DNA of 58,284 nt from Candidatus Zhuqueibacterota bacterium (lineage in GTDB: Bacteria; BS750m-G25), in NCBI GenBank assembly GCA_016783505.1, contig JADHWK010000012.1, positions 1 to 58,284 on the forward strand, written 5' to 3'. Of this stretch, positions 29,545 through 39,173 are shown in pieces (positions within the stretch are counted from its first letter, which is position 1; each line of letters begins with the position of its first letter). Made by a program: the position numbers and the translations under genes. Under the pieces are notes generated by a model. That model was not told the DNA's origin and made no database searches. It saw only the letters and a program-made list of their open reading frames with translations.

Positions 29545-31371
29545 ATGAAATCTTTGCCTCTTATCAGAGTCTTTTTAGTTTTCACTTCCCTTTGGGGCGG
29601 TTTTCATTCGCCCTCATGGGGTCAAGGGTTTCCAGATGACGCACAGGGTGTTGTCCAGGTAGAAACCCTGCTATCCTTTGATAAGGTCCATCCCGGCAGT
29701 CAGTTAAAGATCGCCGTAATCGCTCATATATCCCCGGGCTGGCACATCAACTCAAACCTGCCCCTGGATGAATTTCTTATCCCCACTGATCTTCAGTGGG
29801 AAGACGACCCCTATGTCAAGATACTGGATACCTTCTATCCAGAATCGGTTTTGAAATCCTTTTCTTTTACAACCCAGGAAATGGCCATTTACGAGGGTAA
29901 GGCGGTAATCGGCATTTTGACTGAGATTGATAAAAAAACCCCTTCGGGCCTTAGGAAACTCTCCGGACACCTCACCTATCAGACCTGTGATGATAAACAA
30001 TGCCTGGCCCCGGTTTCACTGAAGTTTTCTGTGCCCCTCGAGATGGTTGGCTTCGAAGTGCCCGTTAATCTGCTTCATGCAGAAGTTTTTTCTAAGATGA
30101 TCTTCAAATCCAGCCCCGGGGAGAGTGGGGATACTGGGGGGGGTCTGGGGGACTTAATCCGGGGAAAGGGGCTTTTCTTGGCCTTCATCCTTATCTTTGT
30201 TGGGGGCTTGGCATTGAACCTGACCCCGTGTGTGTATCCCTTAATCCCCATCACCGTCTCCTATTTCGGCGGTCAGGCGGGGGGAAGAATTGGAAAGATG
30301 TTCTCTCTGGCCTTAATTTACGTCCTGGGAATGGCCATTACCTATTCTGTTCTGGGGGTTATCGCCGCCCTAACGGGTGGTCTTTTGGGGGCGGCACTGC
30401 AAAACTCCCTGGTTTTGACCTTCATTGCCCTGGTGTTGGTAGCTCTCTCTTTGTCCATGTTCGGTCTGTATGAAATTCGGGTCCCCGCCGCCCTGGTCAG
30501 GATTAGCGGGGGGGCGAAGGGGGGCTATGGGGGGGCTCTGTTTATGGGACTTACAGTGGGGATCATTGCCGCCCCCTGCATCGGTCCTTTTGTATTAGGG
30601 TTGTTCCTTTACGTAGGAGAGACGGCCAATCCATTGCTGGGTTTCTGGATGTTCTTCGTCCTCGCCCTGGGGTTGGGGGTGCCGTTTATCCTGTTGGGGA
30701 CCCTCTCCGGCAATATCCACCGGCTGCCCCGATCAGGGGAATGGATGGTGTGGGTGCGAAAGATCTTTGGGTTCGTGCTGGTGGGAATGGCCTTTTATTT
30801 TCTGAGGACCCTGTTCCCGAGATGGGTTTACTGGTTGGGGATGGGCCTTTTAGCGGTAGTAGCCGGGGTATATCTGGGTTTTATCGATCGGACGGGAAAG
30901 AAAGCGATCCTCTTTCCCAAGGTTAAACTAACCGTGGGGATCCTATTTCTACTTCTGGCCCTGTGGCTCCTGGGAACACCGGGTCATCTCTTTTTAGCCA
31001 AAGCGCAAAAACCCGGACCCCAATGGCAACCCTACAGCGATGTCCTGATTCAACAGGCTCAGCAGCAGGGGAAACCGGTGGTCATAGACTTCTACGCCGA
31101 TTGGTGCATCCCCTGCCAGGAGCTAGATTATGTTACTTTTTCCGACGCCCGGGTGGTGGAAAGGATGAAGGGTGTCCTGCCCTTGAAAGCCGACTTTACC
31201 CACCCACTGGAACCATTGGTACAGAAACTAAGGGAGGAATATGGCATTGTGGGGGTGCCCACCATCGTTTTTTTGAACCGCTGGGGTGAGGAAATCCCGG
31301 GAATACGGGTTGCGGGTTTTATCAAGGCGGGCTCTTTTTTGGAAAGACTAGAAACGCTTTTAATAGAGTGA
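29545..31371 (+). CDS. dsbD: Thiol:disulfide interchange protein DsbD/ScsB
   Basis: N-domain CDDKQC, TM LTPCVYP and AAPCIGP, C-terminal DFYADWCIPC. Confidence 0.92.
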   Translation: MKSLPLIRVFLVFTSLWGGFHSPSWGQGFPDDAQGVVQVETLLSFDKVHPGSQLKIAVIAHISPGWHINSNLPLDEFLIPTDLQWEDDPYVKILDTFYPESVLKSFSFTTQEMAIYEGKAVIGILTEIDKKTPSGLRKLSGHLTYQTCDDKQCLAPVSLKFSVPLEMVGFEVPVNLLHAEVFSKMIFKSSPGESGDTGGGLGDLIRGKGLFLAFILIFVGGLALNLTPCVYPLIPITVSYFGGQAGGRIGKMFSLALIYVLGMAITYSVLGVIAALTGGLLGAALQNSLVLTFIALVLVALSLSMFGLYEIRVPAALVRISGGAKGGYGGALFMGLTVGIIAAPCIGPFVLGLFLYVGETANPLLGFWMFFVLALGLGVPFILLGTLSGNIHRLPRSGEWMVWVRKIFGFVLVGMAFYFLRTLFPRWVYWLGMGLLAVVAGVYLGFIDRTGKKAILFPKVKLTVGILFLLLALWLLGTPGHLFLAKAQKPGPQWQPYSDVLIQQAQQQGKPVVIDFYADWCIPCQELDYVTFSDARVVERMKGVLPLKADFTHPLEPLVQKLREEYGIVGVPTIVFLNRWGEEIPGIRVAGFIKAGSFLERLETLLIE

Positions 31372-31455
31372 TATTTAGGGGGTGTCGGTAAGTTCCCTAA
31401 AAGGGACATTTTTAACCTACAATTTCTGTCGGATAGTTTAGCGAAAGGAAAAAAG

Positions 31456-32028
31456 ATGTTCAAAAAAAATTTTTCCGGGAATAATGCATTGCTTGGCGTG
31501 GTTCTTTTGGTGATGTTCCTGGGGGGATGTCAGGAAAAGAAAGGAATAGCCCAGGGTAAGGGGGAAGCAGCCGGCGCTAAGGAGGGGACCTCTACCATAA
31601 ACCTGACCGATTTGGTTACCGCCCCCGATTTTATCCTCAAGGATTTGAACGGTAAAGAACACCGGCTCTTGGATTATCGGGATAAAGTGGTGATCTTAGA
31701 TTTCTGGGCCACCTGGTGTGGACCCTGTCGGATGGAAATCCCCCATTTCATCAATTTGCAAAAAGAGTTTGGGGATAAGGGCTTCCAGATGATCGGCATC
31801 GGTCTCGATAAAGGGGGAAAAGAGATATTGGCCCCTTTCGCCAAGAAGAAGGGGATCAATTACCCCATTCTCATTGGGGATGAAAGGGTGGTTAAAGATT
31901 ACGGGGGCATCCGGGGCATTCCCACCACGTTTGTGATAAGCCCACAGGGAAAGATATTTCGGAAATACGTGGGCTACCGGGGAAAATCCGTCTTTGAGAA
32001 CGACATCAAGACCCTGTTAGATTTATGA
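31456..32028 (+). CDS. TlpA-family thiol-disulfide reductase lipoprotein
   Basis: Lipobox LGGC, APDF, DFWATWCGPC, GIPTTF. Confidence 0.9.
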   Translation: MFKKNFSGNNALLGVVLLVMFLGGCQEKKGIAQGKGEAAGAKEGTSTINLTDLVTAPDFILKDLNGKEHRLLDYRDKVVILDFWATWCGPCRMEIPHFINLQKEFGDKGFQMIGIGLDKGGKEILAPFAKKKGINYPILIGDERVVKDYGGIRGIPTTFVISPQGKIFRKYVGYRGKSVFENDIKTLLDL

Positions 32029-33359
32029 CCGTTCAAGATATTATCGTTAAAAAGAGGGACGGGGGGGAGCTCTCATCGGCTGAGATTGACTTTCTGGTGA
32101 ATGGCTACTCAGAGGGGAAGATCCCCGACTACCAGATGGCGGCTTTTCTGATGGCGGTTTATTTTCAGGGGATGAATTTTTCTGAGACGGTGGCCCTTAC
32201 CCGGGCCATGATCGGGTCGGGAAAGACGGTGGACCTGGGGTCCATCCATACCCCCAAGGTGGATAAACATTCCACCGGTGGGGTGGGGGATAAGGTGAGC
32301 CTGGTGGTGGCCCCGTTGGTGGCCGCCGCCGGGGTAGCAGTGCCAATGATCTCGGGACGGGGGTTAGGTCATACCGGGGGGACCCTGGATAAGCTGGAAT
32401 CAATCCCGGGCTTTCGGTCTGACCTTTCGATTTCCGAATTTAAATCCGCTATCCGGAGGATCAGACTGGCTATCATCGGTCAGACCGACTCGTTGGTCCC
32501 CGCAGACCGGAAAATCTATTCCCTGCGGGACGTGACGGGGACGGTGAAATCCATCCCCTTAATCTCAGCCAGCATCATGAGCAAGAAGATTGCCGAGGGG
32601 ATTGACGCCCTAGTGTTGGACGTAAAAGTGGGGAAAGGGGCGGTTTTTCAGGAGTCCCTGAAGGCCCTGAAGCTGGCCAAAAACCTGGTGGCCATTGGGG
32701 AGGAATTTGGTAAGAAAACCGTAGCCCTGCTCACCCGGATGGATGAACCCTTGGGGTATGCAGTGGGGAACTGGGTGGAGGTCAAAGAGGCGGTGGATTG
32801 TCTGAAAGGGGCTACTGTTTCCGACCTGATGGAGGTTAGCTACGCCCTGGGGGCCCAGATGCTATTACTTGGGGGTAAAGTGAAATCCATCCCTGAGGGA
32901 TATCAGAGGTTGAAAGGATGCCTAGAGACCGGCGAGGCCCTCAAGAAGTTTTTAGAGTTTGTGGAAAACCAGGGGGGGGATACCTCCTATTTAGGGGGAA
33001 CCAGGGAATATCCGACGGCCAAACATTCGATTGAGGTGGGTAGCTCCCGGGAAGGAACCATTGCCGGGATTGACGCCGGCCTCATCGGGAGGATAGCCAT
33101 CTCCCTTGGTGCAGGGCGTAGGGAAAAAGAAGATGAAGTTGACCCCAAAGCGGGGATCATTCTTCACCGGAAGACCGGCGACTGGGTGGGGAAGGATGGG
33201 TTGCTGGCCACCGCTTTCACCGATCTTGATTTGGACATAGAGGAAATAAAGGAAAAAATTCTATCAGCCTTTAATTTTGGGGAGTCTGTACCCGGGGGAA
33301 AGGGCATGATCCTGGGGGTAGTGGACCGAGAAAGGGTTCGTGATTGGATTGTTACATAA
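32025..33359 (+). CDS. pdp: Pyrimidine-nucleoside (thymidine) phosphorylase
   Basis: KKRDG, DKHSTGGVGDK, SGRGLGHTGGTLDKLE, SIMSKK. Confidence 0.93.
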   Translation: MTVQDIIVKKRDGGELSSAEIDFLVNGYSEGKIPDYQMAAFLMAVYFQGMNFSETVALTRAMIGSGKTVDLGSIHTPKVDKHSTGGVGDKVSLVVAPLVAAAGVAVPMISGRGLGHTGGTLDKLESIPGFRSDLSISEFKSAIRRIRLAIIGQTDSLVPADRKIYSLRDVTGTVKSIPLISASIMSKKIAEGIDALVLDVKVGKGAVFQESLKALKLAKNLVAIGEEFGKKTVALLTRMDEPLGYAVGNWVEVKEAVDCLKGATVSDLMEVSYALGAQMLLLGGKVKSIPEGYQRLKGCLETGEALKKFLEFVENQGGDTSYLGGTREYPTAKHSIEVGSSREGTIAGIDAGLIGRIAISLGAGRREKEDEVDPKAGIILHRKTGDWVGKDGLLATAFTDLDLDIEEIKEKILSAFNFGESVPGGKGMILGVVDRERVRDWIVT

Positions 33360-33375
33360 AGAATTTGGCGATTTG

Positions 33376-33410
33376 AAAAAGGCGACACTTGTTAAAACGT
33401 CGCCTTTATT
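33376..33410. terminator. Bidirectional terminator between convergent pdp and PBP1A
   Basis: AAAGGCGAC...GTCGCCTTT stem flanked by A/T runs. Confidence 0.65.
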
Positions 33411-33411
33411 A

Positions 33412-35601
33412 TTATAAACCAAAGGTTCTCTTTTTCTTTTTTTTCTGAATCACCCCGGTGTGCACGTCGCATCTTTCGGTGGGCATGTATTTGCGGTTGA
33501 AGATCTCTTTGACGGTGTTGGGACAGTAGCCGGTGGCGATCTTTTTGGTGTCCTTGCAGATCTCCAGTTCAACCACTCCCCCGGGTCGTTCGAAATCGGC
33601 CCATTTCCACTTCAGAGAATCGTAGGTCATCTTCATGAACCGGGCCCAGACCGGCAGAGCCGCCCGGGCTCCCTCCTGGTGCTCCCCTAAGGTTTGGGGA
33701 TCATCCAATCCTACCCATATGCCGGCCACAATTTGGGGGGTAAAGCCGATGAACCAGGCGTCGGTAAAATCATTGGTGGTGCCCGTCTTGCCCGCACAGG
33801 GGCGGTAGAACCCGAACTTCCATCGGCTGGACCCCCCGGTTCCCTCGGTCACCACACTCTTTAGCATGTCAGTCATGATGTAGGCCGTCTCCTCGCTTAA
33901 GGCCACGTACTGCTCGGGGGTGTTTTCATGAAGCAGGTTTCCGTACCGATCTTCAATCCTCAGGATGGCCACCGGCTTGACCCAGACCCCCTTGTTGGGA
34001 AAGACCCCGAATGCGGATACGATCTCTATGGGGATGACGGACGAAGCCCCCAGGGCCAGGGCGTCGTAAGGAGCCAGGGGGGTGGTGATCCCCATCCGCC
34101 GGGCATATTGAATGACCTGCTTTGGGCGGACGATCTCCTGGATCAGATGAACCGCAATCAGGTTTAAGGATTTGGCTAACCCCACCCGCAGGGTAGTGCG
34201 ACCCCCCCGGGATCGGTCGTAATTCTGGGGGGTCCAGCGGGTGCCGTCCTCCATGATGATTACCACATCTTGGTTCAGCAACTCATCGTAGGAAGGGGCA
34301 TAGCCGTTGTCCACGGCGGCGGTATACAGGAAGGGCTTGAAGGCCGACCCGGGCTGGCGCCGGGCTTGAACGGCCCGGTTGAATTTGGACTTGGCAAAAT
34401 CTCGCCCCCCAACCATGGCCCAGATATGGCCGTTTTGGGGGTTCAAAGCTACGAAAGCTACCTGAACGGTGGCATGTGCGTCAATGAGGGAATCCACAAA
34501 CTCAGAGTCGGCCAATAGGGAGTCTATCCCCACCGAATCAATGAGGCTGGAGTCAATGACGGAGATTATTTTTCCGCTCCCGATAAAATTTTCCTGAACC
34601 TTTTTTTGAAGCTCTGGTAGATGATCTTCAATAGCTTCCTCAGCAAACCGCTGTAGTCGGGCGTCGAGGGTGGTATAGATGGAAAGTCCCTCTCGATAGA
34701 TGTTTACGCCCAATTTCTTCTGCATGACCTCCAGTTTCTGCCGCACGTACTCGTCAAAGTAAGGGGCGATTTCCCCTTCTCTCTCGGCCTCCTTTAATAC
34801 TATAGGCATTGATTTCGCCAACCCATAAGCATCCCGGCTGAGGTATTCGAATCGGTACATGTTATAGAGGATCAGGTTTCTCCGGCGCAGGGCCGCCTCT
34901 GGACGGTAGAACGGGGAATAATGGGTGGGGGATTTCAACAAGGCCACTAACAAAGCTGCTTTCTCCGCAGAAAGATCCTCTACATTTTTATCGAAGTATG
35001 TCCGGGCGGCGGCCTGCACCCCGTAAGCCCCGTGGCCGAAATAAGACTGGGTGAGATACATCTCCAGGATCTCCCGTTTGGAATAGGTCCGCTCAATCTG
35101 GATGGCGGTAAGAATCTCCTTAAGTTTGCGGGTGATGGTCTTTTCCTGAGTGAAGTAGAGCATTTTGGCCAATTGCTGAGTGATGCTACTGAAACCCTCC
35201 CGGTAGCTTAAACTGCTGAGGTTGACTAGCACCGCCTTGAAAAATCGTTTCAGGTCCACCCCCCAGTGAAGGTAAAACCTTCGATCTTCGGTGGCGATCA
35301 CCGCCTGTTTTAATACGTTGGGCATTTGATCCAGGGACACATACACCCGTCTCTGGGTATAGATCTCCTTCAAAATTTCCCCATCCGAGGAATATATTCG
35401 GGTCACCAGCCGGGGGTCATATTGCTCCAGCCGGGTCAGGGAAGGGAGATCCTGGCGCAGATGGTTTAAAAAGAGTCCAAAAGCAACCATTCCCCCGATA
35501 GTCAGAAGCAAAACTATCAGGACAAACCGCAGATGGTGGGTTCTTTTTGGCGGGGGGTTTTTTACGCTTCGACGTCTCATCCTTCTTGACCTATACTTCA
35601 C
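33412..35601 (-). CDS. mrcA: Class A penicillin-binding protein (PBP1A family)
   Basis: TEDRRF, SSITQQLAK, RKLKE (transglycosylase); SAFK, SLN, KTG (transpeptidase); start GTG 35601 or ATG 35580. Confidence 0.92.
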   Translation of the reverse strand: MKYRSRRMRRRSVKNPPPKRTHHLRFVLIVLLLTIGGMVAFGLFLNHLRQDLPSLTRLEQYDPRLVTRIYSSDGEILKEIYTQRRVYVSLDQMPNVLKQAVIATEDRRFYLHWGVDLKRFFKAVLVNLSSLSYREGFSSITQQLAKMLYFTQEKTITRKLKEILTAIQIERTYSKREILEMYLTQSYFGHGAYGVQAAARTYFDKNVEDLSAEKAALLVALLKSPTHYSPFYRPEAALRRRNLILYNMYRFEYLSRDAYGLAKSMPIVLKEAEREGEIAPYFDEYVRQKLEVMQKKLGVNIYREGLSIYTTLDARLQRFAEEAIEDHLPELQKKVQENFIGSGKIISVIDSSLIDSVGIDSLLADSEFVDSLIDAHATVQVAFVALNPQNGHIWAMVGGRDFAKSKFNRAVQARRQPGSAFKPFLYTAAVDNGYAPSYDELLNQDVVIIMEDGTRWTPQNYDRSRGGRTTLRVGLAKSLNLIAVHLIQEIVRPKQVIQYARRMGITTPLAPYDALALGASSVIPIEIVSAFGVFPNKGVWVKPVAILRIEDRYGNLLHENTPEQYVALSEETAYIMTDMLKSVVTEGTGGSSRWKFGFYRPCAGKTGTTNDFTDAWFIGFTPQIVAGIWVGLDDPQTLGEHQEGARAALPVWARFMKMTYDSLKWKWADFERPGGVVELEICKDTKKIATGYCPNTVKEIFNRKYMPTERCDVHTGVIQKKKKKRTFGL

Positions 35602-35623
35602 GCGGTCATAATTTGCACTTTTT

Positions 35624-35706
35624 TAACCACAGATTACACAGATTATCACAGATAGATTTCAAAGTATAATTCTTTTAATTTTTGTGGAATCAGTGAAATC
35701 TGTGTT
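35624..35706. repeat. Short tandem/inverted intergenic repeat
   Basis: ACCACAGATTACACAGATTATCACAGAT ... ATCAGTGAAATCTGTG complementary arms. Confidence 0.55.
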
Positions 35707-35774
35707 TTTATTCGTAAATCAATTAGAAGTGTAGCTTATGACCGTTTTGAGTATAATTTCTCTTGGCTAAATAA

Positions 35775-36497
35775 TCACCACCATTTTAATGAGAGCTGGC
35801 CCCCATCCAACTGACCGTAGCTGAAATGGGTCATCCAATCCCCCAGGTTGAGATAGACCTTCTTTCCGACCCTCTTTTCAAAAGGGCGGTGGGTATGACC
35901 CAGCACGACGCAGTCAAAACCCTGTTCAAACTGGACCCGGGCCAGCCTAAAAAATTTGAGGTCATCCTGAAAGTTTTGGTAGGTGGTATGCCGGCGGCTG
36001 ATGCGGGAGATAACCTCGGCCAGTTTCATACCCCAGTCGGGATGGAGGTGCTTGAACAGGGCGATGCTCACCGGATGTTGCATAATCCTTCGGTTTAGCT
36101 GATAGCCCCAATCCTCCGGGTCCAGGCCATCCCCGTGGGAGATGAAGAACCTCTGGCCGTTGAGGGTGACGTCCAGGGGGTCGGATTGGGTCAGGATGCC
36201 GATCTCTAATCTCAAAAAATCGGCTAAGTAAAAATCGTGATTTCCAGGGACATAATGGACGGATACCCCGGCCCGGGAGAGCGATGCCAGTTGACACAGG
36301 ACCCGGAAATACTTTTTGGGGATCACTTTCCTCCACTCGAACCAGAAATCGAAAAGGTCCCCGACGATAAACAGAGACCTCGCCGAGGCCTTGATGGACC
36401 CAAGGAAGGAGCATAACTTATCCACTTTAATCCGCTCAACGGGGGGGGGATCGCAACTCAAATGGGCATCAGAAATGAAATATATTAATTTAGTCAT
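35775..36497 (-). CDS. lpxH: UDP-2,3-diacylglucosamine hydrolase
   Basis: SDAHL, GDLFDFW, GNHD, SHGD, GHTH metallophosphoesterase motifs. Confidence 0.85.
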   Translation of the reverse strand: MTKLIYFISDAHLSCDPPPVERIKVDKLCSFLGSIKASARSLFIVGDLFDFWFEWRKVIPKKYFRVLCQLASLSRAGVSVHYVPGNHDFYLADFLRLEIGILTQSDPLDVTLNGQRFFISHGDGLDPEDWGYQLNRRIMQHPVSIALFKHLHPDWGMKLAEVISRISRRHTTYQNFQDDLKFFRLARVQFEQGFDCVVLGHTHRPFEKRVGKKVYLNLGDWMTHFSYGQLDGGQLSLKWW

Positions 36498-36570
36498 TAG
36501 TTCACTTGGTTATTATTTTAACTTTCAAATATAACAATTAATCCCTGAAAAAGCAAATGAATTTTAGCCC

Positions 36571-36599
36571 TTGACAAAGTGAAAAAATTTTTGTATTTT
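36571..36599 (+). promoter_or_regulatory. Sigma-70 promoter (a divergent TTGCTT-N17-TATATT promoter for lpxH lies just upstream)
   Basis: TTGACA-N17-TATTTT. Confidence 0.55.
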
Positions 36600-36631
36600 G
36601 AAATAAGTTCAAATTTAACTCTTAAGTTAAC

Positions 36632-37030
36632 ATGTCGCCATCGAAGAAAGCACACAAGGATCGGTTCCGTTTTTTCAAAAAATACTGGAAACTCCTTTTG
36701 GTGTGGGTCATCATCATCGTCTTTGTGGAGATGGGGATCTTGCTGGGCTGGGATAAGAAGGTGATCGGGCTGGTGGTGGCCTTATTCGGGATTATCACCA
36801 GTGCCTTTACCGGTATGGTGGCCATCATCGGGCTGGTTCCCTTGGTAGGCCCGCTGGTAGCCAAGGTGCTAACTATCCCGATTATCTGGATCCTGAATGC
36901 CCTGGGCTATTTCGTCTCCATAATCGCTATTAAAAAGGGGTTCAAAAAGGAGGTGTTGGACTATCGGGTGTTAACGGTGAGCCTCCTTACCGGCGTCGTC
37001 ATTGGATATGTATTAGGAAAGTTAATTTAG
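36632..37030 (+). CDS. Hypothetical membrane protein
   Basis: Several hydrophobic helices; abuts next gene. Confidence 0.75.
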   Translation: MSPSKKAHKDRFRFFKKYWKLLLVWVIIIVFVEMGILLGWDKKVIGLVVALFGIITSAFTGMVAIIGLVPLVGPLVAKVLTIPIIWILNALGYFVSIIAIKKGFKKEVLDYRVLTVSLLTGVVIGYVLGKLI

Positions 37031-37861
37031 ATGGATAAACTTTATTTTGGAACAGCAGGGATACCCTTAAGCGCCAAGGGGAAGGATCCCGTCGCTGGGA
37101 TAAAGAGGGTGCGGGAGCTCGGACTCGGTTGTATGGAGCTGGAGTTCGTCTACGGGGTGAGGATGTCCCCCCAGACTGCGGTTGGGGTGAGACAGGCGGC
37201 AGAGGAGACCGGGGTCATGCTGAGTGCCCACGGACCCTACTACATCAACCTGAGTTCTCAGGAGGTCCCAAAACGCGAGTCCAGCCGGGAGCGTATCCTG
37301 ACCACTGCCAGGATCGGCCATCTCTGCGGTGCCCGCTCGATTACCTTCCACGCCGCTTTCTTTCAAAAGCAAGACCCGGAAAGTGTGTATGGGACGGTTA
37401 AGGAAGAACTGAAGGACATCGTTGCCATTTTGAGGAAAGAGGGGAATTTCATCTGGGTGAGGCCGGAGCTGACCGGAAAATCCAGCCAATTCGGTTCCCT
37501 TGAGGAGATCATCCGGCTGTCTGGAGAACTGGAAGGGGTGATGCCCTGTGTGGATTTCTCCCACCTTCATGCCCGCACCGGGGGGGATTATAACAACTAC
37601 AAAGAATTCTGCTCTATCCTGGAGGCCGTTAAAAACGGACTCGGTGGACAAGCCATGGATGACATGCACATCCATGTCTCCGGCATTGAATACACCCCCA
37701 AGGGGGAGAGGAAGCATCTGAACATCTCCGATTCCGATTTCAATTATCCCGAGCTGCTTCAGGCCCTGAAGGAGTACGATGCCAGGGGGCTTCTGATCTG
37801 CGAAAGCCCCAACCTGGAGGAGGATGCCCTGCTGCTTCAGGAGGAATACATCAAATTGTGA
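37031..37861 (+). CDS. nfo: Endonuclease IV-like TIM-barrel protein
   Basis: HGPYYINL, TFHAAF, PELTGK, DFSHLHAR, HIHVSGI, ERKH, ICESP. Confidence 0.8.
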   Translation: MDKLYFGTAGIPLSAKGKDPVAGIKRVRELGLGCMELEFVYGVRMSPQTAVGVRQAAEETGVMLSAHGPYYINLSSQEVPKRESSRERILTTARIGHLCGARSITFHAAFFQKQDPESVYGTVKEELKDIVAILRKEGNFIWVRPELTGKSSQFGSLEEIIRLSGELEGVMPCVDFSHLHARTGGDYNNYKEFCSILEAVKNGLGGQAMDDMHIHVSGIEYTPKGERKHLNISDSDFNYPELLQALKEYDARGLLICESPNLEEDALLLQEEYIKL

Positions 37862-37898
37862 GAGTGTTAATTATCAACTAAAAATAGGAGGCGATGCC

Positions 37899-39011
37899 AT
37901 GAAAAGGAATTGTAAATACTGGTGTATTATTCTTATCCTGGGTCTGGTCGGTTGTTTTCTGGTCGGCTGTGGGGCCACGGTGAGGGTTAATGTGCTAAAG
38001 CCAGCCGTAATCAACGTGGGGCCAGTCAAACGGCTGGCTGTGATGGACTTCGACGTGCCCGAAGGGGTGGATCCTTCGGTAGGTTTTGGGGTGGCCGAGA
38101 AGTTGACGGCTAAGCTGGTGGAGAACGGTTTCTACGACGTCATCGAGCGTAGAAAGCTGGAGGAGATCTTAAAAGAACATAAGCTGAGCTTGTCCGGGGT
38201 TGTGGACCAATTCCAGGCCCAGGATATCGGGGAGTTGGTTGGGGCAGATGCGTTGGTGTTTGGTAGCGTCAATACCTATTCCACCACCGATGGGGGTGGG
38301 GTAAAGGATTTCTCTTACTACAGCAAAAAGGAAAAAAAGAAGGTGGTGAATAAGAAGTACGAGATGGTGCGCACCGCCAACGTGACCATTACCTTCCGGG
38401 TATCCGATGTGAGGTTGGGGATGGTAGTGGCCTCTAAGTCAAATACCGCCACCGCCCGAGATCGGGCCCGAGAAAACATTGATACTTCAGCAGAGGAGGA
38501 GACCCGAAAGGCGGGCCTATTAGGGGTGATCGTGGATGCGGTATTGGATAAAAAAAAGGTCTCTCCTGAGGAGAGGGCCAAAAGGGCGGCCACCTCCAAG
38601 CTGGTTGACCCCAAGTTCTTGCTGGATAAGGCGGCGGACAAGATCTTGGACTCCTTCGTTCGCCAGATTGCCCCTCACTACGTGATGGAATATCGAAATG
38701 TGGAGTCGGGGAAGCATCCTATGATGAAATCAGGTCTGGAATACGCCAAGAGGGACATGTGGCCTGAGGCAAAGGAAGCGTGGGATGAAGTTTTGAAAAC
38801 CCTGGAGGCCAGGAAGGACCATCCCGTCGCCCATTACAATTTGGGTATCTATTATGAGATCAACGGTGACCTAGACCGGGCCGAGGAGGAGTTTACCACG
38901 GCGTTTAAGGCCACCGGTAAGAAAAAATACTTAGACGCTAAGGCCCGCATCCAGCGGAGGAAGAAGGAACAGGAGAAGCTGGAAGAACAGCTTAAAGAGA
39001 AAGGAGAATAG
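37899..39011 (+). CDS. CsgG/HfaB-like lipoprotein with C-terminal TPR
   Basis: Lipobox LVGC, AVMDF, VIERRKLEEILKE, GADALVFG, AHYNLGIYYE; SD AGGAGG before ATG 37899. Confidence 0.75.
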   Translation: MKRNCKYWCIILILGLVGCFLVGCGATVRVNVLKPAVINVGPVKRLAVMDFDVPEGVDPSVGFGVAEKLTAKLVENGFYDVIERRKLEEILKEHKLSLSGVVDQFQAQDIGELVGADALVFGSVNTYSTTDGGGVKDFSYYSKKEKKKVVNKKYEMVRTANVTITFRVSDVRLGMVVASKSNTATARDRARENIDTSAEEETRKAGLLGVIVDAVLDKKKVSPEERAKRAATSKLVDPKFLLDKAADKILDSFVRQIAPHYVMEYRNVESGKHPMMKSGLEYAKRDMWPEAKEAWDEVLKTLEARKDHPVAHYNLGIYYEINGDLDRAEEEFTTAFKATGKKKYLDAKARIQRRKKEQEKLEEQLKEKGE

Positions 39012-39023
39012 GGGAAATTACTT

Positions 39024-39125
39024 ATTGCCAAATAAATTTCAAAGAGTTCAAAGATTGCCTAAATTTCAAAAATTATATTATAAAAATCTTTGAAATTTTT
39101 GAACTTATGGCAATTTTGGCGATTT
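39024..39125. repeat. AT-rich palindromic intergenic repeat, copy 1
   Basis: 39034-39066 equals the reverse complement of 50784-50816 with one mismatch in 33 nt. Confidence 0.7.
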
Positions 39126-39173
39126 ATAAGCTTCTTAGCATCATTGTGACCTACTGATGATATAACAAGGGAG

